From Eubacteriales bacterium (GTDB lineage Bacteria; Bacillota; Clostridia; Oscillospirales; CAG-272), in the NCBI GenBank assembly GCA_045597145.1, contig JAZODU010000069.1, positions 8,599 to 72,598 of the forward strand: a stretch of DNA of 64,000 nt, given 5' to 3'. The notes beneath the pieces are model-generated. The model ran no database searches, had not been told where the DNA came from, and saw only the letters and a list, made by a program, of their open reading frames with translations. This document shows positions 15,376 to 24,404 of the stretch, piece by piece (the first letter of the stretch is position 1; each line of letters starts with the position of its first letter). Made by a program: the position numbers and the translations under genes.

Positions 15376-16416
15376 GTGAGAAAAGCATTTACCGACGTGG
15401 TCGGAAACGAACGGCTTCGACAGAGCCTGTGCGAGGATATCTCCGCACGCCGCCTCTCGCACGCCTACATCCTTGAGGGAGATCGCGGCTCGGGCAAGCA
15501 CATGCTGGCTCTGCGCATCGCCGCGGCCCTTGCCTGCGAGCATCGGAGCGACGCAGACACGCCGCTTCCCTGCATGACCTGCCCCGTCTGCCGCAAGATC
15601 CTCTCGGGTAACTCGCCGGACGTCATCTATATCAACCGCGAGGACAAGGCCACCCTTGGCGTGGACGCCGTACGCACGCTCAAGAGCGACGTGTACGTCC
15701 CCCCCAACGACATCGATGCCAAGATCTACGTGATCGAGGACGCACATTTGATGACCACGCAAGCGCAAAACGCGCTCCTGCTCACGCTTGAGGAGCCGCC
15801 ATCGTACGTGCTGTTTCTCCTTCTGTGCGAAAGTGTTGCGCCGCTGCTCGAAACCATTCGCAGCCGTGCACAGCATCTCCGCACCGAGCCGATCCCCACG
15901 GAGGAGATCCGTGCACACCTGCTCTCACGCGTTCCCGAGGCGAAAAAGCTGGCTGCCTCCGCGCCGAATGATTTTGCGGAGATCCTGACGGCGGCGAACG
16001 GAAGCATCGGTCGTGCGATCGCGCTTCTTGACCCGAAGCTCTACAAGCCGATCGTCACGCGCAGACTTGCCGCAAAGGAATTCGTGCAGCTGTGTGCGCA
16101 AACCCGCAACAGCGCCGCCGTTCTGCGATACCTCAACGCCCTGCCGCAAAAGCGCGACGAATTGATCGAGCAATGCAACGAAATCCTCTCCTGCCTGCGC
16201 GACCTTCTGCTCTGCAAGCAAACGGAGGGTGCCCCGCTCTGCTTTTTTTCCGACAGAGAGGAGGCTTGCTCCACCGCGTACAGCTTCACGACGCCTGCAC
16301 TTCTGGGGCTGTGCGATTGCGTGTTGGAAACCATTTCAAAGCTGCGAATGAACGCAAACGTACGCCTGACGCTGATCGATATGGCAGTTGCGTGCGAGCT
16401 TTTGCGCCCGTTATAA
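15376..16416 (+). CDS. holB: DNA polymerase III subunit delta'
   Basis: The GTG at 15376 follows AAGGAGG. Blocks LSHAYILEGDRGSGK and a zinc module C..CPVCRKI. The track start is 15346. Confidence 0.8.
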   Translation: MRKAFTDVVGNERLRQSLCEDISARRLSHAYILEGDRGSGKHMLALRIAAALACEHRSDADTPLPCMTCPVCRKILSGNSPDVIYINREDKATLGVDAVRTLKSDVYVPPNDIDAKIYVIEDAHLMTTQAQNALLLTLEEPPSYVLFLLLCESVAPLLETIRSRAQHLRTEPIPTEEIRAHLLSRVPEAKKLAASAPNDFAEILTAANGSIGRAIALLDPKLYKPIVTRRLAAKEFVQLCAQTRNSAAVLRYLNALPQKRDELIEQCNEILSCLRDLLLCKQTEGAPLCFFSDREEACSTAYSFTTPALLGLCDCVLETISKLRMNANVRLTLIDMAVACELLRPL

Positions 16417-16434
16417 AAGAAAGGATTTATACCC

Positions 16435-17796
16435 ATGGAAGAAAACAAGAACCCCGCTCCCGTACAGGAATCGGGCAATCATACCCCCGGCGCGGGCGGT
16501 GAGCACCGCGCACGCCGTCGCGGACACCGCGGCGGTAAAAAGCACAACAAGCACCGCTCCGAAAACGCCACCCCCGCCGCACAGAACGGCGCACAGGCGG
16601 GCGGCGAGCAGAAGCCGCGTGAGCCTCGGTCGGGTGAGCCAAAAAGCAACGAGCAAAAGCCGAACGAGCAGAAAAAAAACGACAAGAAGAACGATCGCCG
16701 CAACAAAAAGAACCGCGATCGCAAGCCCAACGCACACACGCGCGATCACATCTCCCAAAGGGATGACATTTACGGAGACCCGAAGGAGGAGCGCGAGCTT
16801 GCGGAGTGGCGCGCCAAGATCGTGCTCAACGCCCAGCCCGTAAAGACGGAAGCCCCTGCTCCCGCTGAGGAGGTGGAGATCCCCGAGGGAACCGATCTGT
16901 TTGAATCCCCCGTGATGACAGCTCCCGTCTCCAAGGACGAGAAAAAGGTCGAGGTCGTCGGCATCCGCTTCCGCTCGGTCGGAAAAATGTACTATTTTGA
17001 CCCGAACGGCCTCAAGGTCAAAAAGGGTGACTGCGCCATCGTGGAAACCGCAAGAGGTCCCGAGTTCGGCGACGTCTGCCTCGGAAACACTATGATCAAC
17101 GCAAGCGAGACCGTGTCCCCCCTGCGCCCGCTTTTGCGCGTGGCGACCCGGGAGGACGTGGCACACAACGAGGAAAACCGCAAAAAGGAAAAGGAAGCGC
17201 TGGTCATCTGTCAAAAGAAGATCGAGGAGCATAAGCTGGAAATGAAGCTGATCGAGGTGCAGTACGCATTCGACAACTCCAAGCTTCTCTTCTACTTCTC
17301 CTCCGAGGGACGCGTGGACTTCCGCGATCTGGTCAAGGATCTGGCATCGGTCTTCCGCACGCGCATCGAGCTGCGCCAAATCGGTATCCGCGACGAGGCA
17401 AAGATGCTCGGCGGCATCGGTGCCTGCGGCAGAATGCTCTGCTGCTCCACTTTCCTGCCCGATTTTGCACAGGTATCCATCAAAATGGCAAAGGAGCAGG
17501 GGCTCTCCCTCAACTCCACCAAGATCTCGGGCCTTTGCGGACGCCTGATGTGCTGCCTGCGATTTGAATCCGACGTCTACAGTGCCGAGCACAAGCTGAC
17601 CCCTGCGGTCAATTCGACCGTCAAAACCGAGGACGGCATCGGAACGGTCATCTCCACCAACCCCTTGGCAGGCACGGTGCGCGTACTCCTGAAGGACGCT
17701 CCCGACACGCCGCCCAAGCAATATCACCGCGACACCGTTACGGTTTTGCCCAAGGAAAAGTCCCGTCAGGACGTGCAAGCCTCCGAAAAGGCATAA
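16435..17796 (+). CDS. ricT: PSP1-domain protein RicT/YaaT with a long N-terminal low-complexity extension
   Basis: The core from VVGIRFRSVGKMYYFD to a C-terminal CCSTFL/CGRLMCCL Cys cluster is YaaT-like. The first ~170 aa are K/N/E/R/G-rich. Confidence 0.8.
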   Translation: MEENKNPAPVQESGNHTPGAGGEHRARRRGHRGGKKHNKHRSENATPAAQNGAQAGGEQKPREPRSGEPKSNEQKPNEQKKNDKKNDRRNKKNRDRKPNAHTRDHISQRDDIYGDPKEERELAEWRAKIVLNAQPVKTEAPAPAEEVEIPEGTDLFESPVMTAPVSKDEKKVEVVGIRFRSVGKMYYFDPNGLKVKKGDCAIVETARGPEFGDVCLGNTMINASETVSPLRPLLRVATREDVAHNEENRKKEKEALVICQKKIEEHKLEMKLIEVQYAFDNSKLLFYFSSEGRVDFRDLVKDLASVFRTRIELRQIGIRDEAKMLGGIGACGRMLCCSTFLPDFAQVSIKMAKEQGLSLNSTKISGLCGRLMCCLRFESDVYSAEHKLTPAVNSTVKTEDGIGTVISTNPLAGTVRVLLKDAPDTPPKQYHRDTVTVLPKEKSRQDVQASEKA

Positions 17797-17950
17797 CGAT
17801 CAGCCATGATTTTCCATTCCTGCAAGGTTGTGGAAGTGATTGGCGCGTGAAATGAAATTTTTTTTGGAAAATTGCAAAAAACAGTTGCAAAACCAAAAAA
17901 ATATGTTACAATATAGGTGTCCTACAAATACTATCAGGAGGTATCGAAAC

Positions 17951-18121
17951 ATGGCATACAAAATCAATGATGATTGCGTAGCATGCGGCGCTTGCGTTGA
18001 AGCTTGCCCCATGGATGCAATTGCAGAGGGTGACGGCAAGTACGACATCGATGCAGACAAGTGCATTTCTTGCGGTGCTTGTGCTGAGGCATGCCCGGTT
18101 GGCGCTCCCCAGGAAGCATAA
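17951..18121 (+). CDS. 2x[4Fe-4S] ferredoxin
   Basis: 56 aa with CVACGACVEACP and CISCGACAEACP. RBS AGGAGG. Confidence 0.9.
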   Translation: MAYKINDDCVACGACVEACPMDAIAEGDGKYDIDADKCISCGACAEACPVGAPQEA

Positions 18122-18217
18122 TTACATCATTTGCAACCCCAAAGAGCGAAGCGGGCGGTGTTTTCATCGACCGGCTTCGCTCTTGCCATTTTTACTCCTA
18201 AAAGGATACATTCAAAC

Positions 18218-18994
18218 ATGACCGATTATCAACCGGTGCTCTCACCCGACGAAAAAATCGATACGGTCAACGAGCACATTCGACTGATCCGCCGCAAAAA
18301 CGGCTTGACGTTTGGCACCGATGCGTATCTGCTGGCGGCATTCGTCCGCCCACAGCCGCACGACACCGTCGTGGATCTCGGAAGCGGCACGGGGATCCTC
18401 CCCCTCCTGCTTCTGGCACGGAACAAGGTCAAAAACGCCGTGGCGGCGGAGATTCAGGAATGCTTTGCGGATCTGATCCGTCGCAACGCCGCGCTCAACG
18501 GCATGAGCGAGCGGCTGCTCGTGCTGTGTACCGACGTCAGAAGCCTGTCCCCCGCGGACACCTGCGGCGAGGTCGCGCTGGTAGTCGCCAATCCTCCGTA
18601 CATGAAAGCCACAACGGGCAAGCGAAACGAGCACGACGAAAAATTCATCGCACGGCACGAGGTCTTTGGCGGCATCGGCGACTTTTGCAACGCCGCCGCA
18701 CGGGTGCTCAAGCACGGCGGACGCTTCGTATGCGTCTTTCGCCCCGATCGACTGACCGATCTGCTCCGTGCAATGCACGACGCACGGCTGGAGCCCAAGC
18801 GCATGGTCTTTGTGCATGCGGACGAAGCAAGCGAGCCCTCCTCCGTTCTCATCGAGGCGGTCAAGGGAGGATCCCCTTCCCTGCGTGTCGGCCCGCCGCT
18901 CCTGCTCTACGAGCGCACGGACACAGCAAGCACCCCCAAAAGGCTGACCGCACAGGCACGAAAAATCTATGACACTTGCGCTTTTTTTGATTAA
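18218..18994 (+). CDS. SAM-dependent methyltransferase, tRNA(adenine-N6)/YabB-like
   Basis: DLGSGTGILPL (motif I) and VANPPYM (NPPY). It is syntenic with holB-yaaT, as in Bacillus. Confidence 0.7.
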   Translation: MTDYQPVLSPDEKIDTVNEHIRLIRRKNGLTFGTDAYLLAAFVRPQPHDTVVDLGSGTGILPLLLLARNKVKNAVAAEIQECFADLIRRNAALNGMSERLLVLCTDVRSLSPADTCGEVALVVANPPYMKATTGKRNEHDEKFIARHEVFGGIGDFCNAAARVLKHGGRFVCVFRPDRLTDLLRAMHDARLEPKRMVFVHADEASEPSSVLIEAVKGGSPSLRVGPPLLLYERTDTASTPKRLTAQARKIYDTCAFFD

Positions 18995-19060
18995 AGCTGC
19001 CAATCGTTGCAGAAAATAACGACAGTAATAAAAAATATATTTTATAAAGGAGAAACTATT

Positions 19061-19294
19061 ATGTCTAAAGGTTCTATTGCAAAATGGGTTGCCGCTTCGA
19101 TCGGCTTTACTGCTGTTGCGGCGTTCACCGCAGGCGTGATCTATCAGATCCACGCAATCAAAAAGCTCTCCGTCAACATCGACGAGGAAGAGGAAGCTGC
19201 TGATCAGGCAGTGGAAGAGATCGTTGAGGTCGTCCTTGAAGAGGCTGCCGAGGAGGCTGCTGAAGAGGTCGCAGAAGAAGCAACCGAGGCATAA
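19061..19294 (+). CDS. small single-pass membrane protein with an acidic E/A-rich tail
   Basis: RBS AAAGGAG. TM segment WVAASIGFTAVAAFTAGVIY, then EEEEAADQAVEEIVEVVLEEAAEEAAEEVAEEATEA. Confidence 0.6.
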   Translation: MSKGSIAKWVAASIGFTAVAAFTAGVIYQIHAIKKLSVNIDEEEEAADQAVEEIVEVVLEEAAEEAAEEVAEEATEA

Positions 19295-19347
19295 CATCAG
19301 AGGAATGCGGGAGAGGATCCTTGTGGGTTCTCTCCCCATCAAACACA

Positions 19348-20115
19348 ATGGAACATATCAAACGAATTTTAAGCTATACGCGCCGCGCGCTAGACGATTA
19401 CAAGATGATCGAGCCGGGCGATAAAATCGCCGTGGGGGTGTCCGCAGGAAAGGACTCGCTCACGCTTTTGTGTGCCATGGCGGAGTTGCGACGCTTTTAT
19501 CCCGTACCGTTTGAGCTGGTTGCGATCACGGTGGATATGGGCTTTGAGGGCAGCATGGATTTTGCGCCCATTCAAACGCTGTGCGACGAATTGAACGTCC
19601 CCTATCACATCACGCATACCGAGATCGCCAAGATCATTTTTGACGTAAGAAAAGAAAAATCCCCCTGCTCGCTTTGTGCCAAGATGCGCCGCGGTGCGCT
19701 TCACCGTGCCGCAAAGGAGCTGGGCTGTAACGTGGTCGCCCTCGGGCACCACTTTGACGACGCGGTGGAAACCTTTATGCTCAACCTCTTTTTTGAGGGA
19801 CGGCTGGGGTGCTTCTCTCCCGTGTCGTATCTGTCGCGTATGGAGCTGCGCATGATCCGCCCGATGGTGTATCTGCCCGAAAAGGACTTGCGCTATTTTG
19901 CCTCCAAGGCAGCTCTCCCCGTTATCAAATCCCCCTGCCCCGCCGACGGAAACACACAGCGTGAGGAAATGAAGCTGCTCCTCGCGCGCCTTGACCGTGA
20001 GCATAACGGGCTTCGCTACCGCATCTTCGGCGCGATGCAACGTGGCGAGATCGACGGCTTCAAAGTGGTCAACGGCATGCAGGGAATCAAGGCGTACGAC
20101 AACGAGGAAGAATAA
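19348..20115 (+). CDS. ttcA: PP-loop ATPase, tRNA 2-thiocytidine (TtcA) family
   Basis: PP-loop VGVSAGKDS, CSLCAKMRRG and ALGHHFDD blocks. Confidence 0.75.
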   Translation: MEHIKRILSYTRRALDDYKMIEPGDKIAVGVSAGKDSLTLLCAMAELRRFYPVPFELVAITVDMGFEGSMDFAPIQTLCDELNVPYHITHTEIAKIIFDVRKEKSPCSLCAKMRRGALHRAAKELGCNVVALGHHFDDAVETFMLNLFFEGRLGCFSPVSYLSRMELRMIRPMVYLPEKDLRYFASKAALPVIKSPCPADGNTQREEMKLLLARLDREHNGLRYRIFGAMQRGEIDGFKVVNGMQGIKAYDNEEE

Positions 20116-20297
20116 ACCTCCCCCATCGCCAAACCGGCTGTGCGCAAGCACACCGTAGAGCGAGCGGTGATCGGGGCATACAAAGCTTCGCACTGCATCA
20201 ACAGCTTTCACTGCGCACACGCCGAGGAAGGAATCGAAATGTTCCCTTTTCTGCGAAGGTAGCCCCCCCCTTATTCAGTGAAAGTTCCGAAAGGGGC

Positions 20298-20329
20298 GTG
20301 GGGAAAACTCTTTCAAGAGTTTTCCCCAC
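20298..20329. repeat. perfect 14-bp-stem palindrome (REP-like)
   Basis: GTGGGGAAAACTCT-TTCA-AGAGTTTTCCCCAC, with no flanking T-run on either strand. Confidence 0.6.
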
Positions 20330-20349
20330 AAAAAAGAAAGGACTAAAAG

Positions 20350-22302
20350 ATGAATTTTCTACCGCTTTCGCGTGCCGACATGGAGGCACGTGGCTGGGAC
20401 AGACCCGATTTTGTATACGTCACGGGTGACGCTTACGTCGATCACCCGTCCTTTGGCGTGTCCATTATCTCGCGCGTTCTGGAGAACGCGGGCTACCGCG
20501 TGGCGATCCTTTCCCAGCCCGACTACAAAAGCTGTGACGCCTTCCGCGAGTACGGCAAGCCCCGCCTGGGGTTCCTCGTCACGTCGGGCAACATCGACAG
20601 CATGGTGGCGCACTATACCGCCGCAAAAAAGCGGCGAAGCTTTGACTACTACTCCCCCGGCGGCGAGATGGGCAAGCGCCCCGACCGCGCGCTGATCGTT
20701 TACTGCAACCGAATCCGCGAGGCGTACGGCGACGTGCCGATCGTCATCGGCGGTCTTGAAGCCTCCCTCCGCCGCTTTGCGCACTACGACTACTGGGACA
20801 ACAAGGTGCGCCGCTCGATCCTTGTGGACAGCATGGCGGACATTCTGACCTACGGCATGGGCGAGAAGATCCTGCTCCGCATCGCGGAGCTTTTGAACCG
20901 CGGTGTGCCGATCAAAAAGATCCGCGACGTGCGCGGTTGCGTGTATCTTTGCAAGCCCGAGGACGCCGTGCACTACGAGGTGGCGGCAACCTTTGATTAT
21001 AACGAGCTGAAAACCGACAAACAAAAATACGCCGAGGCGTTCGGCGTGCAGTATAAAAATCAGGATTCGATCAACGGACGCGCCATTTGCGAGATGTACG
21101 ACGGCAAAATGCTGGTACAGAATCCCCCGATGCCGCCGCTTGAGAGAGAGGAGCTTGACCGCGTTTACGCACTCCCCTATATGCGCGACTATCACCCCGT
21201 CTACAAAGCAAAAGGCGGCGTGCCCGGCATCGAGGAGGTCAAGTTCTCCCTGACACACAACCGCGGCTGCTTTGGCGGCTGTAACTTCTGCGCGCTCGCC
21301 TTTCACCAAGGGCGCACGGTGCGCTCGCGCAGTATCAGAAGCGTCGTTGAGGAGGCTCGCAAGATCACCGAACTCCCCGATTTCAAGGGCTACATACACG
21401 ACGTGGGCGGCCCCACGGCAAACTTTCGCTACCCCGCCTGCGACAAGCAGCTCAGCGACGGCGTGTGCGCCACGCGCAAATGCCTTGCACCCAAGCCCTG
21501 CCCCAACGTCAAGGTTGATCACACCGAATATCAGTGCTTAATCGAGAAGATCGAGGTGCTCCCGAAGATCAAAAAGGTCTTTATCCGAAGCGGCATCCGC
21601 TTTGATTATCTCATGGCAGACCCCAACGACGCGTTCTTCCGCAAGCTCGTCCGCGACAACGTCAGCGGTCAGCTCAAGGTCGCGCCCGAGCATTGCTCGT
21701 CGGCGGTGCTCGCCTGTATGGGAAAGCCGAATTTCGAGGTCTATGAGGGATTTCGCAAAAAATTCTTTGAAATTACGAAGGCGGTCGGGAAGGAGCAGTA
21801 TCTCGTGCCCTATCTGATGTCCAGCCACCCGGGATCGACCGTCAAGGACGCGATCGAGCTTGCCGTGTGCCTGAAGAAAAACGGCTACGCGCCCGAGCAG
21901 GTGCAGGACTATTACCCCACCCCCGGAACGGCGTCCACTGTCATGTATTACACGGGCATCAATCCGCTGAATATGAAGCCCGTATACGTGGCAACCGATT
22001 ACCGCGAAAAGCAGCTTCAGCGCGCGCTGCTGCAATATAACCGCCCGCAAAACGCAGATCTCGTGCGCGAGGCACTGACACGCGCGGGACGGAGCGACCT
22101 GATCGGCTACGGCGCGGAGTGTCTGGTGCGCCCCGCGAACGCCGCCGCGCCCAAGAAATCGGGGACAAGCCGCCGCACCGAAAGCGGTCACGCGTCGTCG
22201 CATTACGGCAAGCGGAGCGAGCCGCAAAAGAAAAGCGCGTCGCGCCAAAAGCCTGCGTCAAAAAGCACACCCGCCAAGAAAAAAACGGCGAAAAAGCGAT
22301 AA
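20350..22302 (+). CDS. ygiQ: YgiQ family radical SAM protein
   Basis: 650 aa. N-terminal MNFLPLSRADMEARGWD..DFVYVTGDAYVDHPSFG, radical SAM CFGGCNFC, and a basic C-terminal tail. Confidence 0.85.
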   Translation: MNFLPLSRADMEARGWDRPDFVYVTGDAYVDHPSFGVSIISRVLENAGYRVAILSQPDYKSCDAFREYGKPRLGFLVTSGNIDSMVAHYTAAKKRRSFDYYSPGGEMGKRPDRALIVYCNRIREAYGDVPIVIGGLEASLRRFAHYDYWDNKVRRSILVDSMADILTYGMGEKILLRIAELLNRGVPIKKIRDVRGCVYLCKPEDAVHYEVAATFDYNELKTDKQKYAEAFGVQYKNQDSINGRAICEMYDGKMLVQNPPMPPLEREELDRVYALPYMRDYHPVYKAKGGVPGIEEVKFSLTHNRGCFGGCNFCALAFHQGRTVRSRSIRSVVEEARKITELPDFKGYIHDVGGPTANFRYPACDKQLSDGVCATRKCLAPKPCPNVKVDHTEYQCLIEKIEVLPKIKKVFIRSGIRFDYLMADPNDAFFRKLVRDNVSGQLKVAPEHCSSAVLACMGKPNFEVYEGFRKKFFEITKAVGKEQYLVPYLMSSHPGSTVKDAIELAVCLKKNGYAPEQVQDYYPTPGTASTVMYYTGINPLNMKPVYVATDYREKQLQRALLQYNRPQNADLVREALTRAGRSDLIGYGAECLVRPANAAAPKKSGTSRRTESGHASSHYGKRSEPQKKSASRQKPASKSTPAKKKTAKKR

Positions 22303-22321
22303 CGTATGAAAAAGAGGAGAA

Positions 22322-23404
22322 TCACGGTTCTCCTCTTTTTTCCTTTTGCGAGAGCGTTTCAAGCAGATATTTGATCGGCAGAGCCACCACGGGTCCCAGG
22401 ATCATGCCGACCAACCCGAACAGGTAAAAGCCCGCGTAGGTGGCAAACAGCATGACCAGCGGGTGAAGTCCCAGGCTTTTTCCGACCAGGCGCGGCTCTA
22501 ACACCTGCCGCACGAGCGTGATGATCAAATAGAGCAAAATCAAGCCAAACCCCACGTAAAAGTGCCGCCCGATCAGCATCACGACGCTCCATGGGAGCAG
22601 TACCGTCCCCACGCCGAGCACGGGCAACAGATCTAAGACGGCGATCAGGAGTGCCAGCAAAAAGGCGTAATCCACCCCAAGGATCAAAAGTCCCGCGAGC
22701 AAAAGCGCGAACGTGATCGCCAAAAGCCACAGATACGCCTTGATATAACGCGCAAACATCTCGCGCCCGCGCACTCTTGCCGCGTGCAGATGCCGCCGCC
22801 AACGCGCGGGAACGAAGGAAAGCAGAACCGCGCTCACGCGATCCCAATCCACGCAAAAATAATACCCTGCGATCACGGTCAGAACCGTCACGAACAGAAC
22901 GGTCGGCAAGGACGAAAGAATGCGCCCGACAAGCTCGGGCAAGCCCGATGCCACCGCAGACAAAAGGCTCCCGATCATGCCCGTTGCCATTTCGTGTATT
23001 TTTTGCCGCAGGTCGCCGCCTCCGCCGTCCAAGCCAAAGTGCTCCGCCAAGGATTCCAGCCATGTGCCTGCCGCGCCCAAGGCGTCAAGCAAGCCGCCGT
23101 CTGAAAGCAGGCGGTTGACAAGCCCTCCAAGCTCCGACAGCAGCCGACCGACGGCGGCAGCAAGCCCCCACGCGCCCAACCCCACCGTGATCAACAGCAA
23201 TAAAATCGCGCACACGGGCTGCGGCAGACGGGATTTTTTCGACAGCTTTTGTGAAAGTGGCCGAAGCGGAAACGCAATGACCCACGCCAGCAAAAACGGA
23301 AGCAGGATCGGAAAGGCAAAGCGGAGCACGCAGTAAAAAAGCAACCCACCAAGGCACACCGTCAAAAGGATCGCACTCAAGCGCTCCCACACGCTTTTTT
23401 CCAT
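22322..23404 (-). CDS. ytvI: AI-2E family transporter / sporulation membrane protein YtvI-like
   Basis: 360-aa polytopic membrane protein with the AI-2E/PerM layout. Confidence 0.65.
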   Translation of the reverse strand: MEKSVWERLSAILLTVCLGGLLFYCVLRFAFPILLPFLLAWVIAFPLRPLSQKLSKKSRLPQPVCAILLLLITVGLGAWGLAAAVGRLLSELGGLVNRLLSDGGLLDALGAAGTWLESLAEHFGLDGGGGDLRQKIHEMATGMIGSLLSAVASGLPELVGRILSSLPTVLFVTVLTVIAGYYFCVDWDRVSAVLLSFVPARWRRHLHAARVRGREMFARYIKAYLWLLAITFALLLAGLLILGVDYAFLLALLIAVLDLLPVLGVGTVLLPWSVVMLIGRHFYVGFGLILLYLIITLVRQVLEPRLVGKSLGLHPLVMLFATYAGFYLFGLVGMILGPVVALPIKYLLETLSQKEKRGEP

Positions 23405-23543
23405 ACACGCCCCCCTTTTTCCCCTTTTTTATTATCTTATCCGCATTGATTGTAAATTATTTCTCAAAAGGCGCAAACCTCTTGACAAACGTGCGTTTTT
23501 TTGATACAATTTTGATAGTATGCAAAAAAGAAAGGAACCTGAC

Positions 23544-24290
23544 ATGGCAAAAAACACAAGCATGAGCAAGGAGCGCAAGGCGCGCGCCGAGCAGCTCGCA
23601 CGCGCACAGAAAAAGAAGGAGCGCATTTTTCTCATTTCCGCCATTGCGGTCATAGTTGCGATCATCGCGGCAGTCACTCTGATCATTATCCTGAACCTTC
23701 CCGAGAAGCAGTCCCCCGTCCCCCCCACGAAGCATCTGGCTGACGAAAAATACACCGAAACCGACGAGGTAACCAATCTCGTTAAAATGAACATCTCCTA
23801 CACCGACGCAAACGGTGTCAAGCGCATTGACGACATCGTGGTCGAGCTTGATCCCGAAAATGCACCAATTACGGTGGCGAATTTCCAAAAGCTCGTTAGG
23901 GAAGATTTCTATAGCGGGCTGATCTTCCACCGTTCGGTAAATGGCTTTATGATTCAGGGCGGCGGCTTCGACGCTGACATGAACGAAAAAGATGCAGACA
24001 CTATTAAGGGCGAATTTTCCCAAAACAGCGTGGATAACCCCATCAAGCACGTGCGCGGCACGATTTCCATGGCACGTACCGACGTCTACGATTCTGCGTC
24101 CTCGCAGTTCTTCATCGTTCACAAAACAAGCTCAAATAATTCCCAATCCCTCGACGGCCAGTACGCCGCATTCGGTCATGTCGTGTTCGGCATGGAAACA
24201 GTTGACCGCATCGCCGAGCTGGAAACCTCAAACGAAATCCTTGTTTCCAAGGTCGTCATCAACTCCGCAACCTTTGTAAAGGGGAAATAA
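23544..24290 (+). CDS. membrane-anchored cyclophilin-type peptidylprolyl isomerase
   Basis: FHRSVNGFMIQGGGF and SQFFIV blocks with an N-terminal TM. An alternative start is 23520. Confidence 0.85.
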   Translation: MAKNTSMSKERKARAEQLARAQKKKERIFLISAIAVIVAIIAAVTLIIILNLPEKQSPVPPTKHLADEKYTETDEVTNLVKMNISYTDANGVKRIDDIVVELDPENAPITVANFQKLVREDFYSGLIFHRSVNGFMIQGGGFDADMNEKDADTIKGEFSQNSVDNPIKHVRGTISMARTDVYDSASSQFFIVHKTSSNNSQSLDGQYAAFGHVVFGMETVDRIAELETSNEILVSKVVINSATFVKGK

Positions 24291-24298
24291 GCAAAAAG

Positions 24299-24330
24299 AG
24301 CACCGCCGATGGCGGTGCTTCTTTGTTATT
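24299..24330. terminator. bidirectional intrinsic terminator
   Basis: AGCACCGCC-GAT-GGCGGTGCT, flanked by an A-run and a T-rich tract, between convergent genes. Confidence 0.7.
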
Positions 24331-24404
24331 ATGTAATGCACGCGTGATATAATGGTTTTGTGGAGGAAGGAGCTTTTTTGAAAAAAACTTTCTCCCCGAA
24401 ACGC

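Noticed and set aside
16411-17778. 455-aa minus-strand ORF
   Set aside because: It is antisense to ricT/yaaT, whose PSP1 core is recognisable on the plus strand.
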